Shown here: positions 40,620 to 51,987 of the stretch, piece after piece
Layout: the number at the start of each line of letters is the position of its first letter
Numbering within the stretch: position 1 is the first letter of the stretch
Translations under genes and position numbers: made by a program
DNA from: Octopus bimaculoides
Lineage: Eukaryota
Assembly (NCBI RefSeq): GCF_001194135.2
Contig: NC_068990.1
Span: forward strand, 67,190,641 to 67,254,640
Length of the DNA: 64,000 nt
Direction: 5' to 3'
Notes under the pieces: model-generated
The model's database searches: none
What the model was told of the DNA's origin: nothing
Seen by the model: the letters and a program-made list of their open reading frames with translations, nothing else

Positions 40620-41600
40620 ATGTGGGTGAGTGAGTTGGTATGTGAAAGCATGTGGTTGGATGTATAAAAAACAAAATAGAATGAAAAATCCACAGAAGAC
40701 TTGTATTATATAGTTAAAGAATATATTCAAATCGTCGCGTTAGGAAAATGTTATAAAGGGTATCATTCTGTATTCTGGGAATGCAATCTGCTAGATTGTA
40801 TTCCCAGAATACAGAATGATACCCTTCAGTGAACACATTGTGAGATACGCAAAGCAACTGCTACCACAATTTGTAATCTTTCCATTTTATCAATGTACTA
40901 TTGGGACATCAACAGAAGTTAGATTAAATAAGGAAACCTACCTCATTGAAAAATATAAGCCAAAATTTAACCATCTCTAGCATTTTTAAATAAGGAAATT
41001 TGCCTCATTGAAAAATATAAAGCAAAATTTAACCACTTCTAATATTTTATTCTATCAAAACCAAATCATGTTAAATTAATAAAACCTAATCATTCCCAAC
41101 ATTTTTTATTATATCCCTTATACCGAAAAAATCCCTGATTACCTCCCCCTGTTTGGAACTCTCCTACATCACACCATAGTGAAGAGATAAGACAATATTG
41201 GTAAAAATATCTGAGAAATTTGAAAAGAAAATACGAAACCAGTTATTTCTCCAAAAACAATGTCACAACTCACAAAATTTTATAGCATTTCCCTAACATG
41301 AGAATTAAAATATATTCTTTAATCATGTAATACAAGTCTTCTGTAGTTTTTCATTGTCTTTTATACATCCAACCATGTACTTTCGCATACCAACTTTCTC
41401 TCCCACATTTATTAAAACATGTGAGACCAAAAATGCCACAGAAGACAAACACATCGAATAAAAGTACAAAAAGGACATACTTAAAGAACTCAAAAATATC
41501 AGCTCACACCTCATTACCTTAAACAACAAAATTGGGGACTCAAGCCTACTCACCCATGAGAGTTTTCTGTAGTTTTTTCATTCGATTTTGTTTTATATAT
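40620..41600 (+). mobile_element. Penelope-like element 3' fragment (GIY-YIG C-terminus) with direct and inverted terminal repeats
   Basis: 40816-40980 reads MIPFSEHIVRYAKQLLPQFVIFPFYQCTIGTSTEVRLNKETYLIEKYKPKFNHL*. Its last ~55 nt are repeated at ~40987-41040. 40620-40727 is inverted relative to 41309-41408. Confidence 0.7.
40756..40826. repeat. 34-bp near-perfect hairpin, 3-nt loop
   Basis: aagggtatcattctgtattctgggaatgcaatct-gct-agattgtattcccagaatacagaatgataccctt; one G.U-type mismatch. Confidence 0.95.
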
Positions 41601-41679
41601 ATATACTTCAGTATGGACAGTATATATATATATATATATATATATACTTCAGCATGGATACTGATATATTTTGACAAGA

Positions 41680-42700
41680 AGAGGGTTTAGCTATGGTTTG
41701 CCATTATCACTGATAATATTCAATATATACATGGAATACTTTGAGAATTTGGATTTAGGATCAACACCACTAAAACCAACCCTATGGCTGTGATATGTTG
41801 ATGACACCTTCATACTCTGACCCCACCAGGAAGATGCCCAAGTGCTGTTAGATCATGTAAATGCAATAAAGCCATCCATACAGTTCACAATGGAAAAAGA
41901 AAACGACAACCAGCTAGCATTCCTGGACGTATTAATAACATGCACCTAGTATGGATTCAGGACATCCGTATACCGCAAGCCAACCTTCACTGGACAATAC
42001 CTCAACTTCAACTCCCACCATCCATACAATGTAAAGAGAGGGATTGCTCAGTGCCTAAAACATCAAGCAATGAATATGGGTAGCGATCGTGATACCCACC
42101 ACGAAGACATGATCGAGCTCAGTAGCAATCTATTAAGCAACAACTACCCCAAAAGCATACTCTCCCCTCTAATTAGGAAGAATAGAGTGGATGAAACCGA
42201 TAAACCATCCAGAGTTCGTCTACCCTATGTGAAGGCCTCTCCGAAAAGATACAAAAGATATGCGGCCCATATGACATCAGGACAGTATTCAAAAAGTAAT
42301 ACAACACTTCGCAAATATCTCCTTCAAGTAAAACCACCGATAGAAGAGAATATGACTAAGAACTGCGTGTACTCCATCCCATGCAGCTATGGTAGGTTAT
42401 ACAAAGGCAAAACATGCCACCCCCTCAAAATAAGAGTAGAGGAGCATCGCAAAGCTGTTACATGGGGAGATATTGATAAATTGGGTATAGCTTATCATGT
42501 ATGGAAAAATGGAGACCTCCTCCCCCTGTGGAATGAAGTTAAAATAATAGACAGAGAACACCACTGGAAAATATGAAAACTAAAAGAACCAGCACATATG
42601 CTAGGACACAACAACCTCCTAAGCAGACCGAGTGTAGATGTGAACAGCATATAGGAACCAGTATTAAGGAAGGATAGGAGAATATTAGATTTATAAGCCC
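41680..42700 (+). mobile_element. Penelope-like retroelement, RT plus GIY-YIG endonuclease pseudogene
   Basis: GLAM(G)-PLS motif, WL*YVDDTF, IQFTMEKENDNQLAFLDV, VYRKPTFTGQYLNFNSHHP, then NCVYSIPCSYGRLYKGKT…LKIRVEEH. Stops and frameshifts present. Confidence 0.93.
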
Positions 42701-42729
42701 TAAAAATTTATATATACACACACACACAC

Positions 42730-42771
<42 letters not shown>

Positions 42772-43180
42772 TAACATATATATACATATGTATATATATA
42801 TATACACATATATATATACACATACATAAATAAATATATAACACACGCGTGCGCGCATATATATATTTGTCTATATTGTAATATTTGGAGATGGTCATAT
42901 TTTGCTAATTAAACACATGCACTCTATACTTGTTCTGTGCTTCAGGTTTATTATTATTGTATTAGTTTCTTTGTCAAAGTTCCTTTCATCATATATCCTT
43001 TAACCTCATCAACAACATTCTATCCCACATATCTCTTCTTATTCTGCCTATTCCATTCCGTCACTTGCTCACTCTCTATATGTATATATGTAATCTGAGA
43101 GTAGAATAAAACAGGAAAACTTGTTATGTGATCTCATTTGAAATAGCAATTTGTATATGTACACACAATCAAACATACAA

Positions 43181-43223
<43 letters not shown>

Positions 43224-45661
43224 TTCTTCCACAAGAAAAATGCTGATCATTGTAAATCACTATTTCTTCAATTAATACATATAATATAGTAAGTAGTTGT
43301 GTTACAACCACTGATATCTGCTGATAGAAAATGTCATACAGTCAGCCATTATCTCTGTATTTGTGTATACATATTTCTTTGCTTGAGAAACCATCTAGCC
43401 ATAAAAATCCTCCCAATACCAAAACCATACATGCATTGAATATATGTCTGTCGTTTTTAAATTAAGATATAATTCCCACACTTACACCTTAAGAAACCCA
43501 AACAAAAGCAAGGAAACTTCACTCATGAGCTATATGTGAAAACTGAAATACAACTCAATATTATATGATGTAAATATTATTTAAATCCAAATCATTTAAG
43601 AAGAAAAAGAATTTAAAAATTTTTGTTTCATTCATAATTTGGAGATATTATTTACCAAAAATCTAATCTTTCATACATGTGTCTTCCCATAATGGGATCA
43701 GTTGTTAGAAGGGAGATAATCATTTTTACATAACTATTGGAGGGCTTAGAATTTTCCATTTAAAATTTAGGAATAAGGACAAAGATGCATATAATTCACA
43801 TATTTATTTATTCATTTTGTCTGTTTTACATACATGAATCTTTTAAAATTTCCAAATATTTTCAACCAATTAATTATACCAACTGCTAGCACCATTCTGC
43901 ATGCACATTTATTCAAGTTTGTCTGCAGATTTAAATCTGTACTTACATTATTAATATAATTTCATTAATCCCTTAAGTTAGTATGATTCCAATTAAAGAT
44001 TCCTTTTATTCCTCATTACCTCCTCATTACATAGTCCTTACTATCTAAATTTCATCTCATTAATTGAATTTCCCCTTATCTTGTCTCCTCCTTTCCTAAA
44101 ACACTTCCACAATATCCTGGTTGACTAAACATTTTGTTTGACAACTTTAGATTGATCTATTATAATTCAAATTCATACTCTATATGATATTGGGTGATTA
44201 TATATATATATACACACACAAAGGTAAAATCCAGTGATCCAAGTGTAGGAAGTTTGTAAGCTTCAAGGAGCCTGTGACAGGTGTAGTGAACAAAAAGTTG
44301 GCAGTATATGATAATAATTTATTGGCATCAAAAGTTTCACACTTTTTCCCATTATGAAGTTACAATGAATTTTGAAATGCTGTAGTGAGCTGACTTGGAA
44401 ATTCAAAGCAGTAATGTAACCCTCATATAATTAAGGTAGCCTTAGACTGATAATTAGCTAAGTTGAGCTTCCCTTGTTGAGTAACTATTACATCAGAGGA
44501 TCAGCTTTCTAAGAAACATATGTAATCTGCATTTTACCTATTCCACTCCCTCAATTTGGATATCATCATCATCATCATCATCATTTAACGTCCGCTTTCC
44601 ATGCTAGCATGGGTTGGACGATTTGACTGAGGACTGGTGAAACCGGATGGCAACACCAGGCTCCAGTCTAATTTGGCAGAGTTTCTACAGCTGGATGCCC
44701 TTCCTAACGCCAACCACTCAGAGAGTGTAGTGGGTGCTTTTACGTGTCACCCACTATACATATATATATATATATACACACACACATGCATGAGCCCAAG
44801 CTCATCTTATTTTTCTGATTAACTTATTCATGAATACTTTCCACAACCATCTTCAAATAACTGAATAACACAAAATACTTAACCTTAATTCTTTAATGAT
44901 TATTTTTGACATAATCTTTCTGAATTCTTACTCTTGTAGAATTAATATAATTTATATAGTTGATGCTGTTACTCTATAACATCTTTTATTCTATCTTAAT
45001 CACACTTTCTGAACTAATTAACATTTCAAGGGTGCATTCTAATTCCATAATTGGATTTAAATTAAACAACACTAATTATTGTTTATCTAAAATTATTGAA
45101 TCCTTATAATCTGTATGTAAATTAACCAGAGCAGCCTAATTTTCTTTTTTTAATTTTAAACTACTTAATTGTATTTATAAATTAAAATTAATTAACACTT
45201 CCTTCACTATAATTGTGAAATGAATGCCATCATGACTTAATTATATATCACTGTGTTTTATGCTATTCAAATAATTTATCTTCTTGCCCTATACAATAAT
45301 CATAATATCAACTACATTATAAAGGTTGTTCACAAAATTTTCTATTTAAATTTTACTCTTTTCCTCTTTATTTCAGTTAGTTACTATATAATAGTTTTTC
45401 CCTATTTTTCTTCAGCTACCTCTCATGATATTTTTGCATATATATGTATACAGAATGTCTTATGTTATTTTCTTTGTACCTTCCATTTGTATAATTGACT
45501 ACATATTTCTAAACTCTTCTTGCTTCACTCTTGAAAAATTTCTCTTGAATGAAACAGAGTTATATATTAGAATCACCTTTATTGAATAAATATTTTGCTT
45601 TCACTTTCCCCGCTTGATAACTGATACATTCACTTGGATGTTTGCATGTATGTCTGTCTAG

Positions 45662-45701
<40 letters not shown>

Positions 45702-45741
45702 ATATATATATATATATATGTATGTATACATACACACACAC

Positions 45742-45777
<36 letters not shown>

Positions 45778-47139
45778 GGTGAAGCATGAACTTCGGATGT
45801 TGAATCTCACAGGGGCAATGACAAGTGATCAAGACCTTTGGCTACGTGCTGTGCTTGAAGACATGTCAAGCCAAGTGAAATTGTAGTCATGGCCAGTGCC
45901 GGCGACTCGTAAAAGGCACCCATGAAGGTGACACATGAAAGGCACCTACTACACTCTTGGAGTGATTGGCATTTGGAAGGGCATCCAATCTTAGGAACCA
46001 AGCCAAATCAGATTGGAACTTGGTACAGCTCTCTGCCTTACCAGTCCTAGTCAAGCCATCTAACCCATGCCAACATGAAAAGCAGATGTTAAATGATGAT
46101 GATGATGATGATGATGATGATAGTTGTATATATATGGGTGCATGTGTGTGTGTGTGTATATATATCTATATCTATATATGATATGAAATTGCAGCTGCCA
46201 ACCATATGGTTTTGGCTTAAACCTCTTTGCATGGAACTTTGAGCAAATGTCTTGTATTTTAGCTCTGAGCTGAGCATCAGCTATAACCTTGTAACTGAAT
46301 TTGGTAGACAGAAACTGAAAGAAGCCTATTGTATGTATATATGTGTGTTGTGTTGTCTGTGTGTATGAGAGAGAGAGAGAAAAAGTGAAAGAAATAGAGA
46401 GTGTGTATCATTGTCTTGATATCAATGATGCTAGTAAGTAAATGTCACCTTCATAATACAAGTGATGTTGATAATTTCCTGTTTACTGTGAAAAATATGG
46501 CTGGCTATGGGAAAATATTACCTTGTTTGGAAATAGGTAAGGACTGGAAAGCGACAGGGCAACTGGATGTTAACACAATGCTGCTGCTGATGTTATATCA
46601 GTGTATGCACAAAGCAGCCTTAGATTAAAATACCAGTGTGTAAGGCATTTATTATGTATATACAAATGTGGAACAGCATTGGCTCTTTATTTTGTTCCAG
46701 GGAATCTCCTAATGGGACATAGGATAGAGTGTGAGTGAGTGGCAATGGCTGAATTAAAATGTGAATGATTTGGAGTAAGTTGTGTTACAGTGGTCAAAGT
46801 GATAGAGTAACAAACAAAAGAGAAGAGTCAGGGAAACGGATTGTAAAGAATTGTACTCAAAGAATGCAACTATCTTTCTAAAAATGGTGTAATTGATGGA
46901 TTATCACATCAAATATTTTATAGAGGAATTATGGTTGCAACCCTAACAAATATGCCATATTTTTGACAGGCACTATGCTATGACTGTTGCTCCTTTACAG
47001 AATATTGTCATTGCCATCTCTTCAAAAGTCATTGATAAGTACCATGCATTAGGCACATAAGTGGCTCTTAGACTCAGCCCATGAGAGCTGCATGTTTTCT
47101 TACAAATATGATGTTGAAGATGAATATAGCAGCAACTGA

Positions 47140-47360
47140 TTATGTTGATGATGACAATTACAGTATCTGCTCAGACCACCTTGAGAAGGAAACGTCTTTC
47201 CACAGCATGGCAAACATAGCTATCGGGTATCTGTAGCAAAAAGATCATCATAGTAAGCCTGTAATTCCCTTACTGCATGTGATGTATTTGGCAATTATTG
47301 AAACCAGCTTAGAAAGCAGTACTCTATTGCACACAATGCATCTCAATTCTGGTCTGGAAT
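47140..47360 (-). pseudogene. Two decayed C2H2 zinc-finger-like motifs (probable LINE C-terminus relic)
   Basis: Minus strand: LRCIVCNRVLLSK(A)GFNN… and LPCCGKTFPSQGGLSRY…, broken by frameshifts and a stop. Confidence 0.45.
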
Positions 47361-47852
47361 TTTCTGGAATTTCTGGTGTTTTTATTTTTGTGCCTTTTGC
47401 CAGTATCTCATGGGCTCTGCATGTTCAATATGCTTTGTCTGAAACTTCTCACAGGTACAGGTGTGGCTGTGTGTTACAAAGCTTGCTTCCCAACCACATG
47501 GTTCCAGGTTCAGTTCCACTACATGGCACTTTGGATAAGTGTCTTCCTCTATACTTGGGCCAACAAAAGCCTTGTGAGTGGATTTGGTAGACAGAAACTG
47601 GAAGAAGCCCATCATATGTATATATATATATATATATAAATAAATGCGAGTCTGAAGAAATATATCATCTGGGCAGGTACTGTATTAGCACTCAGTTAAG
47701 TTCCAGTGAACAGCTACCCACAATGATCAATATTTAGCATCTGCATTTGCAACGGAAACATGTGTAGGTCATTACAATATGCTGTATATAACAATAAGAT
47801 AAATTTTGTAGATGTACAAGTTTCCCTATTCTTTATTAATAATTATATAAAC

Positions 47853-47916
<64 letters not shown>

Positions 47917-48134
47917 NNNNNNNNNNNNNCTCTCAACACCACTTGATAACTGATGTTTGCATCCCTGTAATTTAACAATTCAGCAAAAGTGACTGCTAAA
48001 ATAAGTGCTAGGCTTTAAAAAAAGTAAGTGCTGGGGCTGATTTATCCAATTAAAACTCTTGAAGGCAGTGCTTTAGCTTGGCCTCAGTCAAATGACTGAA
48101 ACAAGTAAAAAATAAAAAATCTTTTTAATTAAAT

Positions 48135-48400
48135 CATACCAGTCTGTTATGGTTTGGACACCTTTTATTTGAAAGCTCTCGATAAAAAAATTTCTTGGAT
48201 AACCTGGTAACATCAACTCTGACATGACCAGTCCAACACATTTGACTGTAGACAATCATCTTAGCACTTTCACGACTGGCTCTTCTCAGGACTTTCATAT
48301 CTGGTATTAAAGATGTCCAATAAAATTTCTCTAACACAGTTTTGAGGGAAATTTTAAAACCATTTTGAGTGCTGCCTGAAGATTGTCAACACTGCAGATT
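48135..48400 (-). mobile_element. RTE-clade LINE fragment
   Basis: WTSLIPDMKVLRRA…QMCWTGHVRVDVTRLSKKFFYRELS matches the RTE C-terminal W…IPDxEVL…LRWxGHVxRM…RLPKxxFYGEL pattern. Confidence 0.75.
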
Positions 48401-48860
48401 TATACAACAATACAGTTAGTATGCATGATCTGTACATATTTATTTTAGTTACTACATATACATGCATAAACACACATACACACACATTCACATATACACA
48501 TTATCATCATCATACTCATCACCATATGTCTGACTTTCATACTGGCACAAGTTTCACAGTTTGACAGAGTCTGCTACAAGTCAGAGGAATGCATCATGCA
48601 CCTATGCCTTCTTTGGCATGGTTTCTACAGCTAGATGCTTTTCCATATATTAGAATGTTATAATGTGGATCCTCATCCACTCATATGGTGTAGTCATTGC
48701 TGTTTTTGCAACCCAACTAGACTCTCTAACAAGTTTTCCATAATTTTATGGATTTTTCATAAAATATATACAAGATAAATGTTTGTTGCTCCTCTGTTGA
48801 GTTTTTAATTTCTCCATGTGAAATTTTTTCTCCGTATTTTTCTCCTTGTTTTCTCCATAT

Positions 48861-48897
48861 TCTTTCTGTTGAAGAGCGTAGCTCGAAACGTTAAAGA
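48861..48897 (+). ncRNA. Minimal hammerhead-like motif in a PLE terminal repeat (approx. 48780-48993)
   Basis: UCUUU-CUGUUGA-A-GAGC(GUA)GCUC-GAA-ACGU-U-AAAGA. 5-bp stem I, 4-bp stem II, palindromic ACGU stem III; core A6 is replaced by U. Confidence 0.6.
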
Positions 48898-49639
48898 CTT
48901 TCTGTATTCCCGAGCGTCAAACTAATACATCCTTTTGTTGTTTACACCACCTGTCCTCGTCTGTTGTTGTTTTTTTTCGTACATTCTCCCACATGAAAAA
49001 GGAATACCTAAGAATTCCTATTAGTGAATTCAATGTACAATAGAGATGCCTGACAGTTACAGTAAGCTCAAAGGGAGTGTGACAGTGAAGGGGGAATTTG
49101 TATATTATAAATACAGGAAAGGAGCTATCAGTAAAAGCGCTAATGAAATATATTTTTTACAGTAGTTGATAGCTTTCGTTAATTAGTTAAATTAATCAGT
49201 AATGGAATGTGATGATGCGAAAACTTAGGGAAACCATAATAAGAACAGTTTGATAAAGTTTTCAGGGAATTATCACTACTGCATCCAGTCCAAGGTAAAG
49301 CTCATGATCTCAGTCACCTCTATGTCAGAGAAACTTGGTAACTGGTCCCTATGAGTCCCAGGATTTGAGACAGTAGTGTCCATAGTTTGAAGATAATGAT
49401 GACAGAGAAAAAAGGATTTTGTGGGGGTAGCCAGTGGCATTTAAAAAGCACCCATTACACTCTTGGAGTAGTTGGCATTAGGAAGGGCATCCAATTGTAG
49501 AAATCTTGCCAAATCAGTTTGGAACCTAGTGCAGCTCCCCAGCCTACCAGTTTTCAGTCAAACTGTCCAACCCATGCCAGCAAGGAAAACAGATGTTAAA
49601 GGATGATGATGATGATGAGCAAAGGGCAGGGTGTATGCT

Positions 49640-49945
49640 GGTTGTGTATTAAGTGAGATGTTCCATGATAACAAAACATAGATATTGAGTACAGAGGACG
49701 TCTGTGGGTGGGAAAGAAATCAGGTGAGCATGATTCTTGGCTGGATGTGTAATACGAATAAAGTATGAAGAATAAACTACAAATGAGCTGGTAGTGTGTA
49801 AGGGAGAAGGTTGAGTTGATATGGCCAGGTGAAGCATATGGAAGATGACAATTGGATAAAGAAGTGCCAAATAAGCAAAGTGGAAGGAACCTGGGGAGAT
49901 GAAGACCAAATAAGACATGGGAAGAAATGATGAAAGCTGATTGCA
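49640..49945 (+). mobile_element. RTE-like LINE 3' fragment
   Basis: Degenerate RRLRWYGHV…GRPxKTWEE…KADL region (…agaccaaataagacatgggaagaaatgatgaaagctgat). A related 3' piece occurs at ~50690-50830 (RPRKMWVKVVKKDLQRM). Confidence 0.65.
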
Positions 49946-51839
49946 TGAGGCCCACTCAACCACCAACCAACTAATCAACCAACCAGCCATCTATCCATCC
50001 ATTCATGTATGTACCTACATACGTACCTACCTACCCACTTATCTACCTATCTATCTCACACTGTGTACCTTTCTCAACCTGCCTCCTTATCTACCTGCCT
50101 ATCAGAATCTATCTATCTGTTTATCTGTGCAACATAAATGAATGGATATATGAATAGATTGATGTGTAGATGGAGAGATAGGGAAATGAATGAGGATACA
50201 TGTAATGTGCATATATATTATATGGAGAGAGAGAGTGGGAGGGGGAGAGAGGGGGAGGGGAGAGAGAGGGGGGGAGAGAAAGAGAGACAGACAGACAGAT
50301 GTAACAAGAGTAGAAATAACAAACTATCAACAACAACATTAACAACAAAAGTATGTTAAAACTGACAAGGAATGAAATTGAATCTATTTTCTTCTTGGCT
50401 GTAGGGGTTATCACTTTATTAAGTAAGCTGCACTGACATCTCTAATATGTATTGTTACTGAAATGACATTCCTTTGGCATTTTTTCATTAGAGAATTTTC
50501 AGCTGACATCATCGTCTTTTATCAATTTTATTTTATTTAATATCATTTCTCCCATTCTTTTCTCTCTCACTTTAATATATTAACATACATATGTATACAA
50601 ATGCATAGAGACGCAGATAGAAAGATAGATTTTCACTCTCTTACTATGTGTAACCCATATGCATAAGTGTGCGTGTGTATAAAAGACCCAGGAAGATGTG
50701 GGTGAAAGTGGTGAAAAAGGATCTTCAAAGGATGAGCCTCACAGGGAAGATGATTTAATGGCCAGGGTGTTTGGTGATTTGCTGAGCTTGAGAAAACTCA
50801 CCCAGCTAAGTAAAACTGAGATCTTAAAGGCATGTCATTTTATGTCCATGTCCTTGCACACAATCTGATCCTCATAAACCCCCTCCCCAACAACCAATCT
50901 TCCTAACACCCCCATCCCTACCCAAGATCACCACTCACTGTATCCCCCTCGCATCTATCTCCCATTCTCCTTCTGCATCTTTGCAAACCCACCTGCTCAC
51001 AGTGTGCACTTGTTCACTCTTTTCTCCACAATTTAACCCCATCTCATCTTCTTCAATCTGTACCCACTCACTACATTCCCTCACCTCCACCTCCCACTTT
51101 CCTTTTGCTGTCTTAGAAACTTATCCACCCACTTACCCTTTCCAATCCTTGGTTTCACTTCAATTCTATACACCCTCCACCTGTCACATCTTCACCATCT
51201 CCTCCTCTCTCTCCTATTGAAATCACCATGTATCTCCTTTACTGCTAGACACCTACTTTCATCCCTCATTTCATGCTCTAACCTTTCATCACCTGGCCAC
51301 ATCCTTTATTACTATTCCTGCATTAGTTGATGGGTCTTGTCTTGTGAGTTACTTGCCAACAGCACTACTGCAAGCACCACTTAAAAAAGCGGCCAGTACA
51401 CTCTGTTAAGTGACTGACGTTAGGAAGGGCATCCAGCCATAGAAACCATATCAAAGCAGGCAGTTCAGCTTGACACAGCCTTCAGACTAACCAGAATAAA
51501 AAACAGACATTAAATGATAATGATGATCTCTCGCTCTCTCTCACACACACACACACGTTTTTGCATAGAAATCATATCCAGATGTTTCACTCTTTTGTTA
51601 CCCCATTTCTATTGAAACACAACGCTTTTATTTCAATTAATTTGAAAGATAATGACGAATTTAGTAAAATAACTTTGTAATTGTTAAGCTGGTGTTTGAA
51701 ACATAAACTAACATGAAATTTTGATTGAAGGTTTTTAATTTAGATCATTATAGAATATGAAGTTTGTGTCATAAAACCAGAGTACATCATTTACATTATT
51801 TACATTTGACAGATATTTGTCCTCATCTTGTTTGTTGTT

Positions 51840-51885
51840 AACACAACGTTTCAGCTGATATACACTTCAGCCTTCATCAGGTGTC
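51840..51885 (-). ncRNA. Minimal type-I hammerhead ribozyme motif
   Basis: Minus strand: GACAC-CUGAUGA-A-GGCUGA(AGUGUAUA)UCAGCU-GAA-ACGU-U-GUGUU. Intact core, 5-bp stem I, 6-bp stem II, palindromic stem III. Confidence 0.68.
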
Positions 51886-51938
51886 TTGGGGGAAATTTTG
51901 AACCTGAGTTCTCATTCCTAAGGTATTTTTTTATGTCG

Positions 51939-51987
<49 letters not shown>

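Noticed and set aside
42070-42576. 168-aa ORF as a host gene
   Set aside because: It is the linker and GIY-YIG portion of a disrupted Penelope ORF.
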